From assembly GCF_964204865.1 (NCBI RefSeq), contig NC_135263.1, positions 2,852,001-2,916,000 on the forward strand: 64,000 bases of DNA, in the 5' to 3' direction. The first letter of the stretch is position 1, and each line of letters begins with the position of its first letter. This document shows positions 26,634 to 41,000 of this stretch, piece by piece. The notes beneath the pieces are model-generated. The model ran no database searches and was not told the DNA's origin. It was given only the letters and a program-made list of their open reading frames with translations. The DNA comes from Styela clava. Its lineage: Eukaryota. A program made the translations under genes and the position numbers.

Positions 26634-29600
26634 GCATTGGCAGCTGTAAAGTTCAAGCCAGTACTCAAATCAATATATCCTTCCAACGAAAACTTTAGGT
26701 TTAAGTTTGTTATGTTAATATATATAAATGGACTTGCGGATATAAGGACATTATGATACAGGTGTGGAAGGCCAAACATTATCATATCTGCATAAAATAA
26801 TATACATTTTACTGCATTTCTTGGCGAGCGAGATGTCGATTTGATGTCTTAATACTTCTCTTTCAATTCTGACTACCCAAACTGTCCTTCGATTTAAACC
26901 CGGTATGATCAGTTCGCAAATATGGCTAGCACGAGTGGCAAATATATCTTCAAAATATTCTTATATCTGACCACCATAAAATGTTTTATAAACGAAATGA
27001 AAACTTGCCTTTCCATTATGTTCAACAGTTCCCAACGCAACTAAATTTAATGATTGTAGAATAACTTGTGTTTAATATCCTCGGCCATGTTGGTAATATA
27101 ATTGATATCAATATTTTTGGAATAAAAACTAAAATATACTGCAACACATGACTATGTATGATCTATGGTTCAGTTATCAATTACTCATCTTTTCATTCTA
27201 CAAGAATAAATATGTATACTAAACTGTGGCATATATTTTCTACATAAACACGACAAGCATTAATGATCCTTTTATTTTACATCATTAAATATACATTCAG
27301 GCTCTTGCATGAACCTAAATTTCAATAAATATCTAGAGTCCACAAATCTATCTGAACGTGAGACCTGATTGGAAGCCGAGGTAGTATTTGACAATGTTGC
27401 ACCAAGGACGATATTCGGTGAAGTACCGGGTTGTAATTCGAAGGTAAGTTTTGGTAGTCAGAATTACGACATACTGCCCAAGAAATGAAGTGTAATGTGT
27501 TTATTGTATGTGGATATGAAATCATGTTAGGCTTTCTACGCTAGCGTTACGATTTTATCCCCGTATCTCGATTCACATTTTTGGGATTACTTCACAAAAA
27601 TATAATGCTAGAAATTAGGTATTTCAGTCACGCAATTCCATTTTGCAGTCTCAGTTTTTAGATCAGTTTAAGATCTTATCAAAAATGGAAAAAATTTGCG
27701 GCAAAGCATTGTTGACAATCAATATAATGGTGCATCAATATGTTCAAAATACTGGAATAAAGTTCATCAAATATTCCACTTTTCCAGTGACTACACACAC
27801 ATAACGCTGTTTTACAGCGGAACAAGCTAAAACGGAGTCTGACACATCTCGGTTAAGGAAAAATCTTAGCAGATATATTCAGATTTAATATTTGGCGATT
27901 GCACTAACACATATAGATATTTATATTTACATAAAATGTAAAATGTTATGGCATTTGCATTTTTAGCGATAATACCAACGACGATTTCTGTCTAAATCAA
28001 TGCAGATTATTTCCAATAGATTAGCGTAGTTTTCGCATAACCTTCTTTTCTCAGGGCTCAGATAGATTTCACTCTAGATATTTTCAAGAAACAAAACATC
28101 ACATTGTTTCGTGACCGCTGTATCGTGTGAAAAGCCGCACCAAATGCGTTCGCCAAAAATGATCAGATATTGAGTGCGTTTTATATTTATTTTATCAGTT
28201 ATTCAGTCATCTCATTACAGGATAAACTACGCTTATAACTTTAAGGTTTACGAAATTACTCACAATATTTTATCAAGTGTGCAAACATTCAACACGGGAG
28301 GACTTTTCTGTATTACACTACATCTTTAATATATATAGTAAAAAATGATTGGTAAAACGTAATGCTTTTCAAACTTCTGTGGGAAATTTTGACTTCAATT
28401 ATTACAATAATACTCCAGCTTTTTAAAAAAATGCTAAACTGCAAAACCCTGATTTAAGATGTAGAATGGTTACTTTGTGTATCTTTGTGTTGCAAGTTAC
28501 CTTTCAAAAGAAGAGACTAAGATACTACCCACTTTACTCTATTTTGGAAGCTGGATTTCTGCTTTACACAGATTATTTAGGATTTTTACGTGGGGAACAA
28601 TTGTACAAAAAAAGCGATATAGGGGAGTATTTAATATATAATGTTAACTACATTCATTATTAGAGCTTCGTTCAAAGCTCCAACGTACTAATTATATAAA
28701 GTAAGAACGTAATAATTGCGTGCCGAATCGCGGAAGAATTTACGTCGTCTACTGTCGGATCTAAAAGGCTTTAACTGTCGCCACCACTCAATTACCACAA
28801 ATCTTGGACAAATACACTTTGATGGGCGTCTGTAAAGACCAGGACTGGTAGCGCTATAATCTCCGTTCAGCGAATATATACAGTATGGAAGCGAAATAGA
28901 AAGCCTTGCTGGCATAATTTAGCCAACTCAAAAGTTAATCAAGCTGCTGAAAAGCTGCTAACGTACCAATTGAAAAGTTTCTGCGTACTACAGGTTGAAA
29001 ACCACTGCGTAAATAAATGAACAATTGTAATAGCATGGGCATCGAGTTTGTCAACGTTCATATCGTTATGTTCAACTATGATCGACATTTAAATGCGCGT
29101 CAGTTTGATATAAATGAGTTGAATGAGTCTGAATTTTTATAAATTATTTTTATCAATAACGACAACGCCGATATCTGTCCTATACAAAGTAGATCATTTT
29201 TAATAGATTCGCGTAGTTATCGCACAAACAACTTTTTTGATGTTTACCTGATTACTACAAAAGGTTTTATCAAGTGTCAAACATTCAATACAGAAGATCA
29301 ATACAAAATCTTTTCTGTATTACATTGCCTCTCTAAAGACTGTTAAAAACGCATAGTAAAACGTAATACCTTTTTAACCTATGTAGAAACTTCTGACTTG
29401 AAAATCATATATACATACGGGGTATATACAGATAGTCCCCGAACTCGTAATATAACTAGAATAAGGAAAATCTGAATAAAATTATGGCCTAACCGTAACC
29501 TGGTACACATACTACGGCAGTACCCTGGATTGATCTTTGAAATGGTTACTTGACATAGCCATGCAATGATACCGAATGGCGATTTTGGCTTATTTTTATA

Positions 29601-30920
29601 GGCGATGTCTACCCCATTTTATTTTATCAAGTCAAAATCTTTAACTTGCTAAAACTATTGATGACCGCTAAAAGCTCTTGAATATAACTGTAAGCACATT
29701 GTACTGGGAAGCATACCACCATATTCTCTGAATCTATTGAAAACTGAATGTTCTTCTTGTAGTGATCCCAGTCTTGGTTAATATAGTTTAAAACTATTGG
29801 TAAAACGTAAAGCTTTTCAAACTTTTGTAGAAAAATTTGACTGCCATTATCGCAATGAAATGTCTGACAATAACACTCGGGCTTCAAAGAAAAAAAGCCA
29901 AACTGCAAAGCACTATATTAAGGTTTAGAAATGTTACTCAATACGGCCAACCATCCATTAACTAAGAACAGTATGATCGTTCCGTTATATGAAGATTATT
30001 TTATTTCGAAAGTTTGCTCAGTATAGAGAGAAATGGAGGTTACAGTAACACCCTCCATAGCAAGAAAAAATGAAACAGCAAGAAAAAAGCTTAACCGTCC
30101 CCAAGTCAGCTGTATATATTTGAAAAAATATTAAGGATTGTGTATGTTTGCGTAACATGTTTCCCCCCCATAAGAAGATACCATTCATTTCACTCTATAT
30201 TTTGATATCAGAATTTCTGCTTCGCCCAGAATATTATAAAATTTTCGCCGAGATGAAATATAGGGTAAGTTTGAAACCCAGCCCAGCGTTAGGTACCTGA
30301 ATATATAATTTTATTTACGTTACATGCACAATTATCATAGCGCGGACATCGAGTTTGTCAACGTTCATCTCGTGTTTGTTCAACTATGATCGACAATTAA
30401 ATGCGTCTGTCAGTTTGATAGGAATGAGTTTCTGAATTTATTTATGTTATTTTCATCAATAGCGACAACGCTGATTTCTGACCCATACAATGTAGATCAT
30501 TCTCAATACATTTGCGTTGTTGTCGCACAACGATTACTACAACATGTTTAACAATTGTGCAAACATTCAATACACAAGATAACAAAATCTTTGCCGTATT
30601 ACCAGCATACTTCAACATACTGTTAAAAACGCCCGGTAAAACGCAATGCCTTTTTAACCCATGTAGAAACTTCTGACTTGAAAATATTTCTCTGGCTTCG
30701 ATGGAAACATGCAAACCCCTACTCCAAAACACTGGATTAAGCTTTGGAATTGTTACTTGATATAGCCATGAGCAATGATACCGAATGCCGATTATGGCTT
30801 ATTTTTATATGTGATGTCTTACACGATGTCATCTCAAACAAGTCGCTAAACAAACAGCCACTGGTGAATAACGGAATGCTAATGGAATACCACCATATCC
30901 TCTGTATCTATTAAAAACTG

Positions 30921-31150
30921 GGTACTCTCGAGGTATGTGAACCAAGATGGCGGACACCGAAACGTAGTATGTGTACCAGGTTAGGGTTGGGCCATAATTT
31001 CAGCTACAAATACTACGGGAGTCACTTGGCTAGTCCCCGAACTCGTAATAGAACTAAAATGAGAAAAATTGGAATAAAATTATGGCCTAATCTAGTACGC
31101 ATATTAAGTTCTGCTGCCCGCCATCTTGGTTCACATACTTCGGGAGTACC
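30921..31150. mobile_element. Foldback MITE, same family (duplicated copy of 24147)
   Basis: Long TIRs as above. Confidence 0.85.
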
Positions 31151-33396
31151 GAAACTGAAAGTTCTTCTTGTAATGATCTTAACTTGCTTCTTATTATTTT
31201 GCTAAAGTCAGCTAACATATAGGTGCTCTAGTCTCTGCATGGAAATGCAATTTGCTGTCATAATGGTACTCCCGTAGTGTGTGTACCAGGTTAGGGTTAA
31301 ACTATAATATTATTCTGATTTTACCTATTTTAGGTCTATTTCGGAGGCAGTCTGTTTAGCCAAGTGAATAAACCCCTGCCCATAGGTTTCAGTCCCTTTA
31401 CACAACTTGATGTAATGTAAGCGAACAAAATTAATTACTTCCATATTGGCGCACACACTTCTGGAGCGCCAGCATGTTACCCATACCTGAGCTCTACAAA
31501 ACAATTTCTATCCCCCAAAATCCTACATATTCAACTGCTTACAAGAATTTGAACAAAAGAGGAAATAAAACTGAACAAACATTTTACCTTATAGCATTGA
31601 GCCAATCAAAATCAATTTAAGCATTGACGTAGGTGATGCTGATTCAGCGAGTCTGGCAGTTGTATGCGAAAGCTCATGTATGATAATCTGTTAGCGAACA
31701 GGCTATCGTGCATGGTTGATATATTTTTCTAATAACTTTCCTGCTTTTCGCTATGTTTTAGTTGAAATTCTTACATGCCAATCAGTTTACGCAATTAACC
31801 CAGTCGTGCCCCTCTTCATGAACACTTTTTGTATGGTCATTTAAATTTATACCCATCAACCACTGGGCCCTAAAACTTTAGTCGTGGCCTCCTCAAAGCG
31901 TATGCTAGAATTCTATTGGCCGTAATGACGATAAAGTGCACTTCTCCAATGATTTTACATATGCAATGATTCTTACTACTAACGTTTAACCTTGTTTTTG
32001 TGTCTAGTAAAGCGTCAAGCACTAACTATAACTGATTATTTTTGACTTGAGCGTTTTCAATTTTTTTGAACTAAACAATACCACAGCAATATAGTAAAAT
32101 GGTTACCGAGAAATTCCCACCAGCTTCACAGAATTTACAAACTTAACAATTCAGTTGGCAATTTTGATGACGTCACGCTCTAATTATTACAGCACAAAAG
32201 CTTCGTAATGCCAGAAAAGCAATCACTTTCTATGATAATAGGCGCGACAATGCAATGTGCGTCGTTACAGCTAAGTTCCCCACAATTTTACCGCCCAACT
32301 CACCATGCATGCACGCCAAGCATGGTCGAGTGAAACTCACAAATCCTAATATGCTTAGCTAATACAAAGTTATTAGAAGGGAGTTATTGGCTGCCATTCC
32401 TTATATGGATTATAAGTGATTATATCAGTTTTTCAATATTATGACTCACAACCTTCGAGTCTGATGCTGTTCATACAACTTCCATATTCAAACGACTTAA
32501 AACTGATTTGCTTGCTTATTACAATTTCTTTAAAATGTCATTTAAACTCCTAATATACGATAACAATATTTGTGTTCGATGGCCTTGTCTCGTATGTTCG
32601 CGTCAAAATCCTGTTAATGTGGATCTCAACATTGATTCAAAATGCCCTTTAGCGTCATGTCAACGTATTATACGTGTAAATCACGATTAAGCGTAAAACT
32701 TAATAATAGAGAATATAAAGCATGCAATTCACAATTTATCCTGTAACAATTTATCTGTTTTTAAAAGGGTAATTATCTGGTTTTCTGTTATAGCTTTTCG
32801 AACTGACAATCTCAATTTCCTCATACCTTCCATATTTTATCAATATTCCCCCATATTCCGCCAATATTAGCGTAATATAATTGAAACGCCCCTATGAATT
32901 CAATTCAGTACTTTCGCCATTATAGTGATCTCACGCACATATTCAAAAGCTGCTTTACGATTGAATAAGCTAATCATACGTTGTGTAGGTTAATAATTAG
33001 GTGTGCTGGACTTTGGACCAGACTGATAAAGTATTGTATTACCTGCAAGTAACCCGAATGTTTGACGAACATGAAGTGATACTTCGATGTAATCTGAAAC
33101 AACAACCTCTCGGTATTAATACGGGGTGTGCTACGGTATTGTGTACTGAACTGCAAGTCCCTTCTCCTTGTTTACGTTCTACTTCGGATCCGAATGTGTC
33201 AGTTGCCACAAGGATGCTATTATAAAAGATAAATAAGAATAACAGAAAATTATACTAGTATTTGGTGCAAACTCTCAAACTAATCTGATATTGGCAATAA
33301 TGGTGTTCAATTTTAAAATTAAGTTCATAATATCGATGTGTAATGTTTTCCTTTTGACAATTAATTTTGAAAGCACAACTAATATAAAGTTCACGC

Positions 33397-33873
33397 CAGG
33401 GTGGTCCAAGGTTGTCGGCTTCGCGGGCCACAAAATTATTTTTGCATTGTTCGCGGGCCACAATAGTGCCAAGAATAGGTAAACAGTGCAATACAAAACA
33501 AACACTTGTATTGTGCAAACACATAGTTATCAGACATAGCCATCCCAGGCTAATAGAATCCACATTCGATTTTTAGTTTTCTATGATGCCTATATTGTTA
33601 GCATATTTTTCCGGCCAAAAAATGAAAGCCAGATAATAATTTAGACTGCCAAGCACATCATTCAACTTTGCTAGTTGCCTCAGCTAGCCATAACACTAGT
33701 CAATTGAGTGACATTATTGATGTAACAATATGTTAAAAAGATTTTTCTGATTAATTTTATTACGAAACAACACGAAATGCGATTTTTTGATTACTCTCCG
33801 AATTTAAAGCGGGCCACATATAATAAAGCCGCGGGCCACATGTAGCCCGCGGGCTTAGGTTTGGACCACCCTG
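33397..33873. mobile_element. hAT (Charlie-type) MITE
   Basis: TIRs CAGGGGTGGTCCAA / TTGGACCACCCTG and gcgggcc subterminal motifs. Imperfect 8-bp TSD gttcacgc/gtctacac. Confidence 0.75.
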
Positions 33874-34457
33874 GTCTACACCCCTTTTTCATACACTAAA
33901 TTTGTAGAAGAAAGGTTTTTACCCCCAGTGATTTGAACCTCATATGTAAATACGTAAAAGCACATGAGCGATAGCTGATCATGCCCCTTTGACACATTAA
34001 GTAATTATCAAATAGGTTTTACAGATACATCAAAATCCAGTTTTTTAGTGATCTTACCACATATCGTGACATAGTTAATATACAAATGAGCAGAATGAAA
34101 AAACGAATAAATGAGAAATAAATTTCTAAAAACGTAGCAGTGATGCAAAAAGTATTATGATCCAGAGTCACTTACACTAAATATTCCAATATAAGCAATA
34201 TAAACAGGATGATGGAAAACGAAAATATCAGTGGGAATAGCTCGACCAATCCATATCCTTGTCGATTATTTGCGATATAACAATAGAGTGCAGTCTGAAG
34301 TCATTCTCATCTGATAGCAGTACTCAACATTTATTTTATACTAAGCAATAAAGCAATAAAGTAAGTAATATTAATGAGCAATAAAGAAGGATAACATAAT
34401 CTGTTTCCACGAAATAGCAAGTATATTTGTGAGCTTTCGTTAGATCATAGTCTAACT

Positions 34458-36983
34458 CAGTGATTCTCAAACTAGGGTTTGAGAGCCGCATGCGGCTCTC
34501 AACAACCTTTACTGCGGCTCTTGTTAATGCTTTAAAAATTGATTACTTTCGAAGAAAATTTAGTCGTTTTTCATTGAAAATTGATCATCGACTTAAAATT
34601 GAAATGCGGGAGTCTATCAGTTATTCGAATGGATTTCCCCATGTTTATTTGCGTAGCGTTGACCAATCTACAAGATGCAATAGTGACGCAACAGTAAGCG
34701 TTTTCGCGGCCACTCGGACACTTTTTACTTGGAAAGATTTTAGACATGGCTGTAATCATTGGCTTGCTTTCGTAGAATTTTAGTTTTTGTCGCATTCCCG
34801 AATATTATGTATGAATCAAATAACTCAATGAATATTTTAATTTCTAGACCATTTTAATTTTGTTTCAGTAATCAAAAATAGTCCCAAAGTACCTGGCGAT
34901 CATCTCAAGCAGCTACTGCACCTTGCATCCTCCACGATTACGACCCGCTTTGACAAACTTATTAGAAATCAAAGCCAAATTAAATGACTGTTAGTCTAGG
35001 GTGGGCAAAATCGAATTATTTTTCGAATCGAATAATTTGAATATTTTTAACGAATATCGAATAGTCGAATAATGAATATTTTTTTTATACACAACGTCGG
35101 AGGTCGATGCTTCATTTGGAAATTAATAGAAACATTGAAAAGTCGGCAATAAAGCGTTTTTTCACTGGTTATTGGTTACTTTCATCATAATCGCTGATTG
35201 TCTTTGTCACCGCGATCGTTTCTGCGGCGATATCCTAAAGTTGGTATTTTATATTCCCGCTCTTTCTCGTTTTTTTGCAAGAATAAGGGGTTGCCGGATA
35301 TCGAAGTTTCATATTTCTAGTATACCCTTGCGTTCACATCAGCGACACATGTTGAATACCTTAAGGGCTGATTTAAAAACCAAGATAATTTTATTCTGAG
35401 TTTTATCCTCTGCCTTGGATTTGATCTTCCTTATCACGGCTTGTAAATTAACCGTGTCTGTTTAAAGTGAACGGTAACCGAAATGCAGATATTTAAAGGA
35501 TAATTGAGTTCTCATGCTTTTCTATGGTGTTCGTGTTATTTTAGTATTAGATAGATGAACCTAGCAAATTTACGATTGTGTGGATCCTGAATGTTGATAA
35601 ATAGCGATTAAATAAATTGGCAATAAAGGCATTTCTAGGCCTTTGTGCCTAATAGAGGGTGAGACGCTAATTATAACTAACTCCTTCAAGTTTTGAAAAC
35701 AACACCCTGATGGTTATTACAGCTAAAATACTCACTGAGTAATGCTCAATTTTCTCTACAGAATCCGCAAATTCAGCACTTCACTCAATAATTTTGATTA
35801 TGTCATGCCTTAAGGCTTAATTATTACTGCCGAAATGCTTCAAAATTTAACAATCGTAATCATTTTCGATTAAAATAGACGCAACAATTCGTGAACGAGT
35901 CAGTGTGCATTGTAACAACGAAATTCACAATTCATTTTACATTCTACTCTTGGCTCAAAGGCCATGCATGGTCGAGTAAAATGTCTACATATTTGAAACA
36001 TCACTTGGCCAAGGATGGAATGGATTACCAAAGAGCTAATACAAAGTGCTTTAAAGGGAGTAGGACATGACATTTCTTATCTGGTTACAACCTAATGAGT
36101 GTTTTTCATACAAGTAACTCATACCAGCTTTTGAAAAAACCTTTGGACATTTTGAATCTATTTATATAACCCGAGTTTTCTAACGACCTAAATTCGCCTT
36201 TTTCACAATAAAACGCCGAAAAGTCATTTTAACATTTAATTTTAATCAACTCTATGTTCGGTAATGCAAGAAATGTCATCATATTCATGTCACCATGCGG
36301 AGTTTTAAAATCTGGAAAATTTATTTTAAATACCTAATCTAGTTTGACGTTTCTAAATTTACGGAACGGTTGGTACGTTTTTTGCAAAATATGGAATTGA
36401 AACGAAACGTTAGGTGTAAATATAAGCATATCACACCATAACACAAAGACAACGACTTTTCAAATTTGTCTTTTTTTTTAAATATTTTAGTTTAAAATCT
36501 GGGAAATTTATTTTGAATACCTAGTCTGGTTTGACGTTTCTAAATTTACGGAACGGTCGGTACGTTTTTTTTGCAAAAAATGGAATTGAAACGAAACGTT
36601 GAGTGCAAATATAAGCATATAACACCATAACACAAAGACAACGACTTTCCAAATTTGTCTTTTTTTTTCTGATAGCAGGCGCCGTTGGGAAATCTCGCAC
36701 AATTCACGATTGAGTTGGAGACGCGCGAGTTAGGTGTCCAAGCAGAGCGGTGCAGGTCACGTGGAACGGGTATTTGAATAGTGAATTGCCATTCGAATAT
36801 TTTATTATTCGAATATTTTTGCCCAGCCCTAGTTGTTACGTGTGTTGTAGTTACGATGACTCGGTATTTTAAATACGCTCTTAAGTTTTGTTGCTATTTT
36901 ACCTTGCGTTGTTTGAGTGCGGCTCTTCAAAACTGTGAGGTTTGAAATGCGGCTCTGGGACTAAAAAAGTTTGAGAACCACTG
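34458..36983. mobile_element. Non-autonomous hAT (Charlie-type) element containing a nested element
   Basis: TIRs CAGTGATTCTCAAACT / AGTTTGAGAACCACTG with a perfect 8-bp TSD GTCTAACT (34450-34457, 36984-36991). Confidence 0.9.
34997..36831. mobile_element. Nested hAT-like element with TAGGG(C)TGGGC TIRs and TCGAAT subterminal repeats
   Basis: tagggtgggcaaaatcgaat ... ttcgaatatttttgcccagcccta. Contains a ~187-bp internal tandem duplication (36304/36491). TSD not conserved. Confidence 0.65.
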
Positions 36984-38098
36984 GTCTAACTTCTACAGAC
37001 AAAACAAGCTATACCTTAATAAACATTTCTTAGAAAGAGATTATGTGATTCCTAATCTTATTTTTATAATATTATCTCGATCAAGCATCCTTGTGGCAAC
37101 TGCCAACTACGGATCCGAAGTAGAAAGTAAACAAGGAGAAAGGACTTGGTTTAGTACACAATACCCTGGTAGGTCATAGAATGGAAAGTTGCAGCGGATA
37201 GAGATTATAAATATCTTCACATTATTGCTAGAGAGTTGCCACACACACGAAGAAGAGACAAGATCCGTTTTACGAATAAGATCAAAGACAACATGGAAAT
37301 CGTTAGTGTTACCAATGCAAAACCACTGGAATATGTGATTGTTATAGAAAATCCTTGCATTCGCTCCGTAACTTTTATCACAAGAAAACTCATGCCCGAA
37401 CCCAGTGTCACGTCTTCATGTATTTTGTTCAATACTAAATATGCTTATGATATGTTTCTGTTCAATTTCGATTTTTTTTTGTCAATTCAAAACAGCTAAT
37501 TGTTTGGCGATTTAGTAAGCCACAAAAAATATCTGCAGCTTGTTCGGAAATCAGAAAATCATCAAACGAACCTCAATTCGTGCGCATTGTGATAAGAGTC
37601 AAATCCTTTTTATCAGTTTTTCTTCTGCGATATTGCGATTCTTTTTCTCAAGACCGACGAAGATTTTTTTAACTTAGATATGTGACTATCAATTAGACAT
37701 GTCCAACGCGATGTATATGCCGGTGGGTTTTGAAATTTACGGTTATTCGATGACCATATTTGGGTGAATATGACAACTTATGAGAATTCTTCATTAAACT
37801 GAGTTTTGAAATCTCTCTAAACAAGCTTAGTGCCCCTCAATGTTTATTTTTATTTGTTTACGTCGAGAGCTTTGTCGAAAAACATTACTGATCCCATATT
37901 ACTATTATATCGATTCTGCAAATCATATTTATGGTGCAATATACAACTACCGTAACAGTTCTGCTTATAGATCTATAATATATTTTATGCATCTTTTGTA
38001 GAAAGCCTCCGCCACAAAAATTGTATCATTGCGACAGCATCGCGACGCAGTGGGTAACCACCGACCACACCCCCACACCGCCTCCATAAATACGCCGC

Positions 38099-41000
38099 TT
38101 AAAAGGTGGGTTAATCACGCAACATTTTCTAAAGCAAACTTAATTCTACATATTGTTTTAAAATCTTGGGAGTTTTCTGTTTACATAACCTCGACTTAAT
38201 TCACCAGACTCGAGAATTTTGAAAAAGCCGACCCTATAGAAATCGAACGCTAATTACCGTAGTGTGGTCCCGTGATGACGTAGTACTGAGAACTCGTGGA
38301 CGGAGTTTTGCATTAGGTTAAAGGCATTTTGTCCGCTTCGCGTTTTTGGTTTGGATAGTATGTCAGTTTCATTGGGTATTGCAGTTAAAAAATGGTGAAT
38401 TATGTTTAAACATATACCAGTATTTTCGAGTCATGTTAGTGAAATATTGGCTAGGACTGTAAACTTAGCGAACTGGGGTCAATTATACTTGGTCTTTTTG
38501 CTGACCTATTACGATACTTGTTTTGGTAGAATTAGACTTTAACAAATTCTTATATTTCTAGTAAAATGATTTCTGTTTTTCGTCACTGCTTAACATTTAA
38601 TATTTAATCAAAAATGAAGTTAACAGCAGTAACGACATTGAGATGAAGGGCTTGAAGAATGGTATCGATGCACTCATAGCCGAGGGAATATCGATTGCGG
38701 AACTGATATCAGATAGACACCCATCAGTAAAAACGTGGGTTCGCGAGAATCTGAAATCATCGGGAACGAAGCATTTTTTTTAATTTGTCACATTGCAAAA
38801 GGTGTTTATTTCATCAATGCAATATTTTCAGTTTGCAAAAAATAGTGTTTTAAAAAACTTACTTGAATTGCATTTTAAAATTTTGAAAGGATTGGGCAAA
38901 AGTCAAACTTACTGATTGTGACATACTGCATGAGTGGGGGCGAGGTATTATCAATCATTTATACTGGTCTGCAGGTAGCTTGGGTGGTGATGGTAATATG
39001 ATTAAGCGGAAAGTCATGAACCTGCTCCGTCACATACAAATTGTCCACACATGGGTCGCTATATCCCGAATGTGAACATGCACCACTGGCACTGAGTAGT
39101 AAAGAACAAAAAAGAAAGAATGGAATTCTTCCAGGTAGTTAACGATTAAGAGTTTTTTGATGAATCACAATCTAGTAAAAATACTAGTGATGTTTCTGGT
39201 GATTGCGGATGTTTTCCCTACACTTCTATTTTAATAGGTCAGAGAACTTTTTTTCTTATGATGAATTGGAGAGCATTTTTGAGAACTTTAGGTTCAAAAA
39301 AGACATTCGCAAACTCTCACCTTCGGATCAAACATTCGGATTGGAAGCGTTCCATTCCTTACTGAACCATTTTCCTCCCAAAATGTCGCATTACAGCTAC
39401 AAAGGAATATTCGGCAGGTGATTTTCATAAATATTTTCATATCTGGATAAACCGAATAACGAGTTCGACATTCAATTCAATTTTAAACTTTTATTCACTT
39501 TTGAATTTCAATGGTTCGCTCCAGAATAACACCGGTTAAAAATTTGCTTGTATTGTTGTGTGAGGTAATTCAAAAGCGTTTTGAAATGGCAAGACATCGA
39601 TTGATTGCACTAAGCAAGTGATTATCTGACTTTTTTCTGAATAGTCTGACACAAATAAAGTTACTTTTCGGTGAATATAGAAAATAGGGCACAAATTATG
39701 TTCTTTATTTATTCAGAAATTTTTTCCCCAACTGTGGGAAACGCCAATGAGTATACCAGAGAAAATAGCAGCAAATCGGTAAGCAAGGATATTAACAAAA
39801 AACTGGGGGCGTATGTTTCAGAAAGAAAAAGTCGGATTTAGCTGAATATGATGAAACTGTAAATGACGACTGAGCCGTAATTTTATTCATTGCTCTTTGT
39901 CGCCTCATTGTGGTGTTTTGTATTATTGCGCAAGTTTATCTCGCGGTTGCGCCATTTCAGGTTCTTGTTCAACAGACTGACAGAGCTTTGTGCTTCTCTG
40001 ATTAGGTCTAATATTATCTTATTTTACCATCGTTTTCGATATTGTAATATAAATCTTAAGTATTGAAGTACCAGCTAATTTGTTTGTAGTTTTATTGGCA
40101 GGATAAATCGGTAATTAAAGTCATATTTTATGTGAAGATGTTTAAGCTTCCATGTGGGTGTTTTCCTATGGTTATTATGTTATTTCCACTGCAATTGTTT
40201 TTTAATATTTTAGAACAAGACAACACTGTCTGAAGCAGATTATTGTTGCTCTTTTCATTCATAAGATACTCTGGAATTTAGAGATGTATTGCGCATTTGT
40301 ATATATGTATCTTTCCCATGTTTGGGGTTTATTAAGTTATTACTACTGTGTTTTGGTTGTAATTTCAACTGTGATTTTATACGAATATCATTAGACTGTG
40401 CTGTATTTTTAATTAAGACATTTCACATTGTAAATTACACAGTTCATTGGAACACTTCACGAGCATCTATTGAATTTCATTCTGTCATTCGAGCACAATT
40501 TTGAGCACATCAAATTTCAAGGCTGCGTTTGCTTATTAGAACATTGTGTTGGACTGCTTTGGGGCTTCAGTGAGGAAGTTAAACTAGGGTTGATAAACCA
40601 CACACGGCGGATCATATGAATGCAACCCAGGAATTAAACAAGACTCGCAGCGTTGTGAATAGCAGCCGTAATATAAACTAATGGCGTATGTTTCAGAAAG
40701 GAAAAGTCGGTTTTAACTAAATAAGGCTATCCTCTAAATTTGAGGGCGCGATTGGAGGCAGGAATAGCGATGGTCATTGCATGCATCAAACAACTGATAT
40801 GGGTCATTGATGATCAGAACTGCTTGTAAGTTTGTAATTAATCTTGTTACAAAATGGATAGCAGGATGGTTGGAGGCGAACTGGATCAGAGCAATGGCAA
40901 ATCTGTCGTTGCATAACACTGAATTTATGATTATTTCTCGCAGTGTAAAGAAGGTTGAGGTAAACTAACAGCATGACTAGGAATATAATGCGGTTTACGA

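Larger units (their letters stand above)
26125..32845. repeat. Recent tandem duplication, unit 2 (~6.7 kb)
   Basis: Starts and ends at the TCAATA microhomology shared with unit 1. Confidence 0.95.

Noticed and set aside
21395-31205. Repeated ~80-aa ORFs MCTRLGLGHNFRYKYYGSH as a small gene family
   Set aside because: They are chance translations of the foldback MITE, occurring in either orientation.
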